Positions 21,375 to 35,080 are shown, counted from the stretch's first letter. The stretch: DNA of 48,474 nt from Macrostomum lignano (GCA_002269645.1 NIVC01003864.1:1-48474), one strand, 5' to 3'. Numbers and translations are program-made. The notes: generated by a model from the sequence alone, not told the origin.

Positions 21375-21780
21375 CTCTCACTCTCCCTCTTCCCTCTCTC
21401 CTCTCCCTCTCCCTTCCCGCTTTCCCTCTCCCTTCTCCCTCTCCCTTCTCCCTCTCCTTTCTCCCTCTCCCCTCTCCCTCTCCCTTCTCCCCTCTCCCTT
21501 CTCCCCTCTCCCCTCTCCCTCTCCCTTCTCCCCTCTCCCTTCTCCCCTCTCCCCTCTCCCTCTCCCCTCTCCCCTCTCCCCTCTCCCTCTCCCTTCTCCC
21601 CTCTCCCTTCTCCCCTCTCCCCTCTCCCTCTCCCCTCTCCCTTCTTCCCTCTCCCCTCTCCCTCTCCCCTCTCCCTCTCCCCTCTCCCCTCTCCCCTCTC
21701 CCTCTCCCTCTCCCTCTCACCTCTCCCTCTCCCTCTCCACTCTCTCTCCCCTCTCCCACTCACTATACCCTCTCCTCACT
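21375..21780. repeat. Polypyrimidine (CCCTCT/CCCCTCT) low-complexity repeat
   Basis: Directly visible C/T-only tract. Confidence 0.9.
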
Positions 21781-22214
21781 CTGAATCTGAACTCACGCAA
21801 CGTATCCCTCTGTTTCTGTCTCACTCTCAATGCCATATCTCCCCCTTTTACTCTCTCTCACTCTACTGTTTTATTATACTTTGAGCACAGTTGTTGATGT
21901 ACCGGCTTATTTTTATTATGCTTCCTTTTTTAAACTTGCTTTTTAGGTTTTTTTATAGAGAAAACAGCAAATAAGGCCGTACTACGTTCGAGGTACAGGG
22001 GGCTTGTGGAGCTTTTTTGATTGATAATCTCAGTTTCTCTTCGCTTCCGTTTAACATCGGTAATAAAGTCAGCTATGATTGATGACTGCTGTGAGACACC
22101 AAATGTTGCTCCGAGCTACAGACTGGCAACTGCTTCTGTCAACTAATTTTTCAGCAATTTTAAGAAAGACAGCTGTACGTACTTGGCTTATATTCATAAT
22201 CAACATAGCTATCT

Positions 22215-22640
22215 ATCTGGGGCTGACAGTGAGAGGGCATAGATAAGGAGAGGGGTAGACGGGGAGAGGCGGTAGACAGAGAAGGTAGACAGGGAGAGGG
22301 GGTAGACAGGGAGAGAGGGTAGACAGGGAGAGAGGGTAGACAGGGAGAGGGGGTAGACAGGGAGAGGGCATAGATAAGGAGAGGGGTAGACGGGGAGAGG
22401 CGGTAGACAGAGAGAGGGTAGACAGGGAGAGAGGGTAGACAGGGAGAGGGGGTAGACAGGGAGAGGGCATAGATAAGGAGGAGGGTAGACAGGGAGAGGG
22501 GATAGACAGAGAAGGTAGACAGGGAGAGGGGATAGGCATGGAGAGGGCATAGGTAGTGAGAGGGCATAAACAGAGAGAGGGCACAGACAGGGAGATGGCG
22601 TAGGCAGGGAGATGGCGTAGGCAGGGAGAGGGCAAAGACT
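22215..22640. repeat. Purine-rich minisatellite (gggtagacagggagag-type units)
   Basis: Directly visible degenerate units of ~16-18 bp. Confidence 0.85.
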
Positions 22641-23039
22641 AGGAAAAAAGATGAATGAGTTTGATTGAGAGGAAGGTAGATGTTGATGATAAAAAGCAAG
22701 GCAGGAGGAACAGTCTTTGGTATAGGGGCGCAAGTGACAAAATCGCATTCCGTAGGTGCGGGCGGATTAAGGAAGACGACATGCAGAGGATTTGCCTCTC
22801 GGTGTAAAATTACTCGAGACAGAGGAGGCTGGCTTCCCGGGAAGAATTAAAATTCCAGGCTTTGGAGGAAGGAAGAGCCTGCGGCGATGTAGGAGTGGGG
22901 CAGTCAGCAATCCGGGATTTCCTCACTCCTATGATGAGATTCGGCAGCAGTTTCACATTTCCATTTAAATTGCGCAGGCTGCCCGAAATGGGAAGCTGAT
23001 GACTCAGAGCTGAGCAGGCATGAGGCGTGTTGATCGAGA

Positions 23040-23156
23040 CTGCCTGTCTGTCTGCCTGTCTGCTTGTCTGTCTGTCTGGCTGGCTGCTTGTCTGTCTGCC
23101 TGCCTGTCTGTCTGTCTGTCTGTCTGGCTGGCTGCTTGTCTGTCTGCCTGCCTGCC

Positions 23157-23229
<73 letters not shown>

Positions 23230-23245
23230 TTCTGGTCGGCCTAAC

Positions 23246-23290
<45 letters not shown>

Positions 23291-23323
23291 GGCTGGCTGC
23301 TTGTCTGTCTGCCTGCCTGTCTG
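23040..23323. repeat. (TCTG)n microsatellite, left of the hAT insertion
   Basis: Directly visible. It shares the rare interruptions (ggctggctgcttg; tttctggtcggcctaac) with the block at 24398-24805. Confidence 0.95.
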
Positions 23324-24397
23324 CAGTGGTCGTGGCGGTGGCGCGAATTCGCGCCGACGCGAAAATGGCGCGAATTTTTCGAGGCTGGCGCGAGAAATTC
23401 GGATGGCTAATGGCGCGAAAATTTAGGGAAAAAATCCCCCTTTTTCGCCATTGTTTTTTTTGTTTAGAACATTTAAACTCCAGGCACCAATTGGAATAGT
23501 TATGCTTCGTGGTGTTCTGTACCTCCATAACTATTTTTACCTTCATAGTCGCATGTGAATGTCGGCAGCCTGGAGGTGGAGGCGCGTCTTCACCAGGAGG
23601 ATGTGTCTACCTCTGCCCCGTCCGGCGACGTCGTCGGCTTCTGGGAGTCCGTTTTGAACGCTGGAAATCGTCCTCTGCTGATGAGACTAGTACGAGCACT
23701 CCTTGTTTTGCCCCATGGGAACGCTGAAGTTGAGCGGGTGTTCAGCCAACTGAGAGACACCATCACGAAGAAGCGGCAGAGCTTAGCGCCGTTCACGGTC
23801 AAAGCTCTTACTGTCACCCGATCGTGCCTGGATGTTCAGCAGTGGACTGCTGCGACGTTGCCCGTCACTCCGGCGCTTCAGAACATGTGTGCCAGCGCAC
23901 ATGCGGCATACCGTCAGCGGCTAAGGGACGAGTTGGCTGCCGAGGAACGGGAGCGGTCCCAGAAGCTGTCGGGGATGGTGTTTTCCGAAGTCGCAGCCGA
24001 GAAGAAGGCAAGCAAGGAGCTGAGCACCCTGCAGAGCGAGGCAGACGTCAAGGAGAAGGAGATTGAACAAAAAATCAAGGAGAAGGCTGCAGCGCTCCAA
24101 CTGCTTGACGAGGTTAGGCGGAAGACTGAAGAGAGGGACAGAGAGCTCGAAGTCCTTCGCAAGGAGCAGGAGCGCATTCGCAAGCGAAGGGAGCAAGAGG
24201 CGGAGCGAATCACTGAGGCGGTGATCAAGCGAAAGGCTGCGGAGATGGCCATTGTCAACCGACTTCTGTACTGCAGTTAGCATAAATTCTTATAATCAAA
24301 GTTGGGTATTCTTAGCTGGCATATACATGTAGATACCTATGGCGCGAAAAAATTTGGGTGGCGCGAAAATTTAGAAGGAGACCCGCCACGACCACTG
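23324..24397 (+). mobile_element. Internally deleted hAT DNA transposon (1074 bp)
   Basis: Perfect 15-bp TIRs (cagtggtcgtggcgg / ccgccacgaccactg), a perfect 8-bp TSD (cctgtctg at 23316-23323 and 24398-24405), and multiple subterminal ggcgcgaa motifs at both ends. Confidence 0.92.
23555..24280 (+). pseudogene. hAT transposase C-terminal dimerisation-domain fragment plus a charged coiled-coil tail
   Basis: FWESV...RPLLMRLVRALLVLPHGNAEVERVFSQLRDTITKKRQSL matches the hAT C-terminal pattern (FW...P.L..l...lL.lP.sna..ER.FS). The catalytic core and BED finger are absent. The ORF track start is GTG; the first in-frame ATG is at LLM. Confidence 0.8.
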
Positions 24398-24805
<408 letters not shown>

Positions 24806-25251
24806 CGGTCTATCTGTCTGTCTATGTATCTATCACTTACCCCATTCCTCAACAGGGTGCAACAGTCATCGGTAAACATAAAGCAGATTTCGACTTCAAG
24901 CACCAGGCCCCCTCCAGGCAAGCGATACCCGCCCCTGTCAAATCCCAGCTGCCGAAGCTGCTCCCCCTCACATCCAGGCCAACGGCTTTATACCTGCCTA
25001 TGTGGATTGCTAGCTTTGTTGCGTGAGAAGAGCAAGCCAACCATTGCAGCCGCTCACGGGGCAGTTAACGCCCATTACTTGTTCGATGGGACTTCCTCTG
25101 CATCGGCTTCTCAGCCGCCCAGCCCCAAATCTTCCCTCCCATGTCGTTCAGGCAAAATGCCACGCCCATAGCGATTGCGACTGAATCGTGAGGGAGCGCT
25201 GATATTTGATTAAAGCCTAAAGCCTAGAGCATCGGCCTTGGTACTTTTATG

Positions 25252-26322
25252 ACGCTTAAATTGGCTCTTGTTTGGCGCTTAAATTGGCTCTTGTTTGGCG
25301 CTTAAATCGGCTCTTGTTTGGCGCTTAAATTGGCTCTTGTTTGGCGCTTAAATTGGCTCTTGTTTGGCGCTTAAATCGGCTCTTGTTTGGCGCTTAAATT
25401 GGCTCTTGTTTGGCGCTTAAATTGGCTCTTGTTTGGCGCTTAAATTGGCTCTTGTTTGGCGCTTAAATTGGCTCTTGTTTGGCGCTTAAATTGGCTCTTG
25501 TTTGGCGCTTAAATTGGCTCTTGTTTGGCGCTTAAATTGGCTCTTGTTTGGCGCTTAAATCGGCTCTTGTTTGGCGCTTAAATTGGCTCTTGTTTGGCGC
25601 TTAAATTGGCTCTTGTTTGGCGCTTAAATCGGCTCTTGTTTGGCGCTTAAATTGGCTCTTGTTTGGCGCTTAAATTGGCTCTTTCTGGTACTTAAATTGT
25701 GTCTCTTTTGTGCCTAAAATTTGGTCTTTCTTGCGCTTAAATTGGCTGTTGTTTCGCGCTTAATTGGCTCTTGTTTGGCGCTTAAATTGGCTCTTTTTTG
25801 GCGCCTTAATTGGCTCTTGTTTGGCGCTTAAATTGGCTCTTGTTTGGCGCTTAAATTGGCTCTTTCTGGTACTTAAATTGTGTCTCTTTTGTGCCTAAAA
25901 TTTGGTCTTTCTTGCGCTTAAATTGGCTGTTGTTTTGCGCTTAAATTGGCTGTTGTTTTGCGCTTAAATCGGCGCTTAAATTGGCTCTTGTTTGGCGCTT
26001 AAATTGGCTCTTGTTTGGCGCTTAAATTGGCTCTTTCTGGTACTTAAATTGTGTCTCTCTTGTGCCTAAAATTTGGTCTTTCTTGCGCTTAAATTGGCTG
26101 TTGTTTCGCGCTTAAATTGGGTCATTCTTACACTTAAAATTGGGTTTCACTAGCGCTTAAAACTGGGTCTTTCTTGCGCTTACATTGGGTATGTCCCTCT
26201 TGCGCTTACATTGGATATTTCTTACGCTTAAAATTGGGTCTTTCTTGCGCTTAAAATTAGGTCTTTCTTGCGCTTAAAATTGGGTCTTTCTTGCGCTTAA
26301 AATTGAGTCTCTCTTGCGCTTA
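25252..26322. repeat. 23-bp satellite (gcgcttaaattggctcttgtttg) degenerating toward its right end
   Basis: Period 23 (25253, 25276 and onward). Near-perfect to ~25680, then variant blocks and 24-bp gcgcttaaaattgggtctttctt units. Confidence 0.95.
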
Positions 26323-26327
26323 AAGTT

Positions 26328-26652
26328 CGCAGGGCAGCTCAGCGGTAAAAGCGTCAGACTCTCGCGCATCTTCACGACCCGTGGTTCGATTCCCTGCGCG
26401 CCACATTCGATCATTTGGGCTGCGGGGGCTGTCGTGTGATTCACAGCCATGAGGGCCAACCCCCAAGGCACAGACAGTGTACATGCCTGAATGATTAGAA
26501 AGTCAGGGCCGATGTACGATGTGCGAGCGTGTGTACGAGTGCTTCCTCAGGAATCGGCGGAATGGATAGAATTGCCTTAACGCTGTGGTTGTGGGACAAT
26601 GTCGCTTAAGGCGTTGCACCAGGGTGCCCGCAGCCTTTTCTGAAATTCTAAT
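26328..26652 (+). mobile_element. tRNA-derived SINE, family B (putative)
   Basis: A box (cagctcagcggt) and B box (ggttcgattcc) with degenerate tRNA stems, followed by a ~250-bp GC-rich body unrelated to family A. Only one copy is in the window. Confidence 0.55.
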
Positions 26653-27940
26653 CAGGGACTACTTAAACTGGGGACGGGGAAACTGGCCAAATCATGCAGA
26701 AAATAGTTGGAGGCTGGTTTTTTCTAATGCTCCCTAGAATTTATTATTGAACGTAGAAGGCTGGTTTTTTCGCCATCCTGTACAGAATTTATCCCTCTAC
26801 AATATGCACAACTTAGTTTTTGTCGAACTTTACTTTGAGAGGAGCAGTGAGCTTTTTTGTACACGACCCCCCTTTTTCCTAGGGAATTTAACACAGCAAA
26901 CGCCTTATTGAAATGTCTATGGGTTTCTGCACAAGCATCATCGCTATTTAGTTAGGCTTCTGACGCTTCTGCTGCGTCGTCAAAAATTATGAAATTAGCC
27001 TTGAATAACTTAATAAATAACAAAATTTTCCTTGTCATTACTCTGAAACCGGGCCACGCGAATTCGGGAAAGGGGTAAAAATGGAAAAAGAGCAGTCGGC
27101 ATGAGACAGCAGTTGCTGGAAAATCGTGACCAAGAAAGAAGTATTCGGCAATGGAGACTGCAGTGCTCCCGGCGCCTGCTTCTTGCGGTCAATTTTCCCT
27201 GACTGTGAGCTTGCTCGTAGTTGCCGGTTCATGCGAAGTCTCTCGATTTCACGCATCGTGCAGGACTCTCGCCGTCTGGCTGAACCGCTTCACCTCTTCG
27301 ACCGACTTTGGACTAGGGATGCTGCGAATGACCTCAAACTTGCTGGGGTCCGGTGCAATACCCTGCTCGCTGAGCAGGTGTCCCAGGTACAGCACCCGGC
27401 GATGGCCGAACACGCTCTTCGCATTGTGCAGTTTGAGACCCGCATCTCGCCGCCGTTAAAAAACGCGCTCAAGTCTCACCAGATGCTCGTCAAAGGTCCT
27501 GCTGAAGACGATGATGTCGTCGATGGACAGACCGGACATCAGCAGCTCCATCAGTCGCTGGAACGTCGCTGGGCCATTGCAAATTCCAAAGCCCGTCTTG
27601 CGGAACTGCGTCAGGAACTGCGTCAATTGATACACAAGTGTTACAGTGATACAGTGATGCGTTTTATACCATAGACAAAAAGCCGTCTGACTGCAGATTT
27701 TTATAAGGCATTCTCTATATAAAACACTGTGAAAAAAGGGGGTACTGTACAAAAAAGCTCACTGCTACTCTCGAAATGAATCTTGACAAAAACTAAGTTG
27801 TGCATCATTTAAAGGGATAAATTCTGTACGGGATGGTGAAAAAACCAGCCTTCTACGTTCAATAACAAATTATAGGGAGCCTCCAACTAATTTTCTGCAT
27901 GATTTGGCCAGTTTCCCATCCCTAGTTTAAGTAGTCCCTG
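26653..27940. mobile_element. Non-autonomous hAT-like element with ~230-bp imperfect TIRs and a captured interior
   Basis: Ends are cagggactacttaaact... and ...agtttaagtagtccctg, with inverted similarity across ~26653-26880 and ~27730-27940. The 8-bp TSD has one mismatch (attctaat / attataat). Confidence 0.85.
27280..27590 (-). pseudogene. Ty3/Gypsy reverse transcriptase fragment
   Basis: One frame reads FGICNGPATFQRLMELLMSGLSIDDIIVFSRTFDEHLVRLERVF*RRRDAGLKLHNAKSVFGHRRVLYLGHLLSEQGIAPDPSKFEVIRSIPSPKSVEEVKRF. These are the canonical Gypsy RT palm and thumb motifs, with an in-frame stop and a deletion that removes the Y of YxDD. Confidence 0.85.
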
Positions 27941-28369
27941 ATTATAATACAAGTGTACTTTTGCGGTAATCGTTTTTGTTGTCTCTATCTCTATACCGTA
28001 GTACGAGTATACAGTAGCTTAAGTGCATGTGTACTTTATAAAGCTAGTCAAACCGAACAAGACAGTCTATAGCTGAGCTAGAACAAAAGTGCCCACCCAA
28101 CAATCTGTCCAAGCAATAGAAGCCATTAGCCTCTCTTTGCCGTCTAATTCAACTGATGATGTTTCGCGTTCATTCGCCCGACAAAGGAGATTTAGCCCAG
28201 CTAAGAATGTGAAAGAAGCTGTAGAATTTCTACAGAGGGAGATCAGCAATGCGTGAAAACTGTCAACAAAGCTTATAATTTTGTACTGTAATTGTACTAC
28301 ACACATAGACCGTTTTATTCGCCATGGTTTTCTAGTTGCTTTCATGAGGCTTCTGTAGAACAATTTAGG

Positions 28370-28692
28370 GTAGGATTGGGGTGGGTAGGAGTGGGTGGAT
28401 AGGAGTGGGTGTGTAGGAGTGGGTGGGTAGGAGTGGGTGGGTAGGAGTGGGTGGGTAGGAGTGGGTGGGTAGGAGTGGGTGGATAGGATTGGGGTGGGTA
28501 GGAGTGGGGTGTGTAGGAGTGGGTGGGTAGGAGTGGATGGGTAGGATTGGGGTGGGTAGGATTGGGGTGGGTAGGAGTGGGTGGGTAGGAGTGGGTGGAT
28601 AGGAGTGGGTGGGTAGGAGTGGGTGGGTAGGATTGGGGTGGGTAGGATTGGGGTGGGTAGGAGTGGGTGGGTAGGAGTGGGTGTAGGTAGGT
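28370..28692. repeat. G-rich 14-bp minisatellite (gggtgggtaggagt)
   Basis: Directly visible; about 22 units. Confidence 0.93.
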
Positions 28693-29259
28693 GTAGAACA
28701 CTGAGAATAAAGTGACTGAGACAAAAAACAATAATTAAATATATTCAGCACAGTGAAGCAGATTTTTTGTGCAATCTGCATGTATTACTTAGTGTTAGTA
28801 GTATTATTAGTAGTAGTTTTCACGGTAGAGTTTACTTTACCATTAATTGTTTATTAATTTAATAGAAGTTCAATTATGTGTGTAAGGTGTGCGCCATCAC
28901 ATCATTTTACAAAAAAATCACAATTCAATAAACTTCGTCAGAAACAAACAACAGAAAAGCAGGAAAAAATTATAGCCGAAAAAAATTCAGTTGCGCAGAA
29001 CACTACTATAATCTACTGTCAGTAAGTAGAAAGTACGGTAAACAAAAATATAATTTCTCTAAAATACAAAGAAAATAAAAGAACTACAGTGGAAATCTAC
29101 GATACGATTCTGCGCGGGTAAGTTTTGGAAAGTGCGAAATTCTAGACCTGCGGCTAGAGAATTGAAATTTAAACAAAAGCAAATCAGGTATCACCATCAG
29201 CCGCTATAGACATGATTTATTTGAATTTTTCACTTGTAAATATGAGCTTTCTAATCAGG

Positions 29260-30200
29260 GCGATTCTCTCAGAGCTGAGGGCGATTCTCTTTGAGCTGAG
29301 GGCGATTCACTCTAAGCTGATGGAGATTCTCTCTGAGCTGATGGAGATTCTATCTGAGCTGATGGAGATTCTATCTGAGCTGATGGAGATTCTATCTGAG
29401 CTGAGGGTGATTCTATCTGAGCTGAGGGCGATTCTCTTTGAGCTGAGGGCGATTCACTCTAAGCTGATGGAGATTCTCTCTGAGCTGATGGAGATTCTAT
29501 CTGAGCTGATGGAGATTCTATCTGAGCTGATGGAGATTCTATCTGAGCTGAGGGTGATTCTATCTGAGCTGAGGGTGATTCTCTCTGAGCTGATGGAGAT
29601 TCTCTCTGAGCTGATGGAGATTCTCTCTAAGCTAATGGAGATTCTCTCTGAGCTGATGGAGATTCTCTCTGAGCTGATGGAGATTCTATCTGAGCTGAGG
29701 GTGATTCTATCTGAGCTGAGGGTGATTCTATCTGAGCTGAGGGTGATTCTATCTGAGCTGAGGGTGATTCTATCTGAGCTGAGGGTGATTCTCTCAGAGC
29801 TGAGGGCGATTCTATCTGACCTGATGGAGATTCTATCTGAGCTGATGGAGATTCTCTTTGAGCTGATGGAGATTCTATCTGAGCTGATGGAGATTCTATC
29901 TGAGCTGAGGGTGATTCTATCTGAGCTGAGGGTGATTCTATCTGAGCTGATGGAGATTCTATCTGAGCTGAGGGTGATTCTATCTGAGCTGATGGAGATT
30001 CTATCTGAGCTGATGGAGATTCTCTCTGAGCTGATGGAGATTCTATCTGAGCTGAGGGTGATTCTATCTGAGCTGAGGGTGATTCTCTCTGAGCTGATGG
30101 AGATTCTATCTGAGCTGAGGGTGATTCTATCTGAGCTGAGGGTGATTCTCTCAGAGCTGAGGGTGATTCTCTCAGAGCTGAGGGCGATTCTCTGAGCTGA
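29260..30200. repeat. 21-bp satellite (gattctatctgagctgatgga / gattctatctgagctgagggt)
   Basis: About 44 units in two interleaved variants. Confidence 0.95.
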
Positions 30201-30793
30201 TGGGGATTCCCTCTTCAATGAGATTTTTTCGATAAGAATTGGAAACTTTCTAAATTTAAACGCACCCAGAAGCCAGTGTTGAAGTGACTGACCACCAGAA
30301 GCAGAAAAAGGCAATCGAACAACAGATATTCTAATATGCTAAAATAGGCTGCTCTGAAACTACTAAATAATTAATAATAAGATTAATCTAAAATGGAACA
30401 AGAAAGCTACGCTTAACTACATGGTATGGAATAAATTCGAATGATAAATTCTATCACTGGATGGGTAACATTTGAAGGTGAAATTTTAAATTCAAATCGA
30501 ATTTACGACAGGCAACTCGAACAACGCTGTTAAAAAAAGAAAATTATATATTTATTTCTGAAATTCTCTTCAGTTTTTTTGCAAAACAACATCCTAATAT
30601 TGCTACTTGTGAGTAGGCAGCATCGGTTAGTAGGCGCTATCGTGCACTCACGCCACGCGAATAAAAACTCGCGCAGAGAGCAAACGGAAGAATCGATCTC
30701 GGGTATTTGCGAGTTTTTGTAAACAAAGGCAAAATATATTGTCTCAGTTCCTTTATGCACTTCGGACATGAGGTTCCGGCTTGAGCTCAGGAC

Positions 30794-30874
30794 TCAGCCG
30801 CAGATGGCCACGTAGTTCCGCTTGCCGATCCAATGCGAGCCGGACTCAAGGTCTCCAGAGTCGCTGTCGGATAC
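30794..30874 (-). CDS. Candidate terminal exon (VSDSDSGDLESGSHWIGKRNYVAICG*), possibly of the CCDC142-like gene
   Basis: GC-rich island with acceptor tgtccgcag|GTA. Phase 0 matches the exon-7 donor. It gives 26 codons plus TGA, with AATAAA ~240 nt downstream (30551-30556). Linkage to the gene is inferred. Confidence 0.3.
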   Translation of the reverse strand, partial: VSDSDSGDLESGSHWIGKRNYVAICG

Positions 30875-31009
30875 CTGCGGACACGAAGTTGGTTTGTTTT
30901 CTGCATTTGGTGCCAGTTTAAACTTTAAAAAAGTGGCCTTTTATTGGAAATATAGCTGCATTCGAGCTACTTTTTTTACCTTCAGGGCCAGGTAAATCAT
31001 CCACCTCAT

Positions 31010-32415
<1,406 letters not shown>

Positions 32416-33194
32416 CAGCTGGGAAGAGACACAAACCTTGAGCGGGCCGGATTGCTATTGTGAAGTTTCAAAGGACCCGAGGCCCGGATAGAGTCTTCCG
32501 GAGTTCACCTACCGCAGAACTATAGCATCGGCAAAAGTTTGTTAATATTAACCCTTAATATTTACATTTGGCCCATAGTTGAACAGTGAGATTTATTTTT
32601 CCTTTAGATAAGGAGGTGAGATAGTCTTTCATAGTCTTTGTTCAAACAAAGAGTAATGAATGGTTATTAGCCAAAGTTACCTGAGTTCAACCCAGGCTGC
32701 GGGTTGACTGTCGAAAGCTCCAAAGCTTGTTAAGATCAGTGAAGTGCAATTTCTTACTCTCCAAAGTCAATAAAATGGGACTAAACAAGGAAGTACGAGT
32801 ACTTCGTACGTACCAAAGAACTTAGAAGTGAGTTCCTTCATCCCCTTAAATCCTAACCCCTATACTCGTACGTGTGGACTGAGACCATTGGCAGGTGTAG
32901 AGGTAAGTTCATTATCAGGTAACTGGCTTCGTGAGAGCTAACTTGTAAAGTTTACAGCTGACATGGCTGAGTTTACTTTGAATTAAGCGCTTTAGTTTTA
33001 TAGGCTTAGCTGAGCTTTTAACGTGTCGTTTTTTTAACACCTTCCTAGGATAATTATTGCCAAGGTGAGAGGTTGGGTAAGCAGAGACTGTGGGGAGAAA
33101 AAGTGATGAGGGACAGGGAGGGAGAGAGTGAGGGGAGGAAATCACTGAGCTGTGAAGCTTTAAAAATCCCTTAGCTAAGTGTAACCAAGTCAGA

Positions 33195-33810
33195 GGAGAG
33201 AGGGGTTAGACAGAGGGGAGAGGGGTTAGACAGAGGGGAGAGGGGTTAGACAGAGGGGAGAGGGGTTAGACAGAGGGGAGAGGGGTTAGACAGAGGGAGG
33301 TTAGACAGAGGGTTAGACAGAAGAAAGTGAGGTTAGACAGAGGGGAGAGGGGTTAGACAGAGGGGAGAGGGGTTAGACAGAAGAAAGTGAGGTTAGACAG
33401 AGGGGAGAGGGGTTAGACAGAAGAAAGTGAGGTTAGACAGAGGGGAGAGGAGTTAGACAGAGGGGAGAGGGGTTAGACAGAAGAAAGTGAGGTTAGACAG
33501 AGGGGAGAGGGGTTAGACAGAAGAGGGTTAGACAGAAGAAAGTGAGGTTAGACAGAGGGGAGAGGGGTTAGACAGAAGAAAGTGAGGTTAGACAGAGGGG
33601 AGAGGGGTTAGACAGAAGAAAGTGAGGTTAGACAGAGGGGAGAGGAGTTAGACAGAGGGGAGAGGGGTTAGACAGAAGAAAGTGAGGTTAGACAGAGGGG
33701 AGAGGAGTTAGACAGAGGGGAGAGGGTTAGACAGAAGAAAGTGAGGTTAGACAGAGGGGAGAGGAGTTAGACAGAGGGGAGAGGGGTTAGACAGAAGAAC
33801 TAGAGGTTAG
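33195..33810. repeat. ~20-bp purine-rich satellite (gaggggttagacagagggga, with an aagaaagtga variant)
   Basis: Period 20, directly visible. Most units contain GGGTTAG. Confidence 0.93.
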
Positions 33811-34135
33811 AAGAAATAGAGCCAGAGGTTACTGGCTCAATTTAGTTCGAACTGTAAATTCGCCCACGCATCGCATAGTTTAATAAGTCGGTTGTGCCTA
33901 CTTTATACCTGCATTTAATTGTTCATAAAGCCGGCCACTAAGCTAACAGAGATTAGCTAGTATCAAGCTACTTTCTAATCGCGCACACAAAAAATGTGCG
34001 TTAGGAAATTGCTAAAAATAGATCAGCTATATCGGTAGTTAACTCTCGCTCCCCCAAAGGCGGTGAAAGATGCCATTCTGCATACGCGTTCGCACACGGC
34101 AAAGAAGCGGAGAAGGAAGAGGAGGGACGGAAATG

Positions 34136-34137
<2 letters not shown>

Positions 34138-34195
<58 letters not shown>
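34138..34195. repeat. (GA)n microsatellite
   Basis: Directly visible. Confidence 0.97.
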
Positions 34196-34196
<1 letters not shown>

Positions 34197-34764
34197 AAGC
34201 CAAATAAAGTGCATCATGGTACAGCATAGAGCCGGATGTAGGGCGAGTGAGTAGATAGCAGAGCATATGCTTGTTAAGAATGATGCGAAGGAGGGAGGGG
34301 CGAGTATAGATCGATTCTAAGCCATCCAATCCGAATATAGCATGTAAGCCTGAGCTCTCGCCATGCCCCATCTCTCTCCCTCCCTCCCTTGCAAGAGCTG
34401 GGTATGGGCAAGGCAGAAAAAAATTGGAGATGAAGAATGTCGAAGGAATTTTTGGCGCACCCGCCCACTCCTTCCCGGCCTGTTGTTTCTCCTTTCGTGC
34501 GTCCCGCAGCCTCCGCTTCATCATGTTTTATTTTAATCCTCCCGTGTCGCCGAGTAAGCCAGCTATTCCAGCATCTGCTCAAAAATAGACACACTTGCTG
34601 GCTGCCCATTTTTGTAACTAAACAGCCTGGAATCTTTGCAATATTTTTCTAAACTAAGTATTGACAATTATAGGGTTGAAGACAAAACGGGGGCGGTTGC
34701 GAACTTATATTCATCCTCAAGAGTGATAGGGCTTGTAATTTTACTTCTGTGCTTGCACTTAGAC

Positions 34765-34784
34765 GGACACTGAGACAGACAAGC

Positions 34785-34837
<53 letters not shown>

Positions 34838-34896
34838 CACAGACACACAGACAGACAGACAGACATACAGACAGACAGACAAGCAGACAGACGGAC

Positions 34897-34932
<36 letters not shown>

Positions 34933-34936
34933 GGAC

Positions 34937-34989
<53 letters not shown>

Positions 34990-35080
34990 CACAGACACAC
35001 AGACAGACAGACAGACATACAGACAGACAAGCAGACAGACGGACAGATAGACAGACAGATAGACAGACAGACAGACGGAC

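Noticed and set aside
27126-27674. 182-aa plus-strand ORF as a real gene
   Set aside because: It is largely the antisense shadow of the Gypsy RT fragment inside the TIR element.
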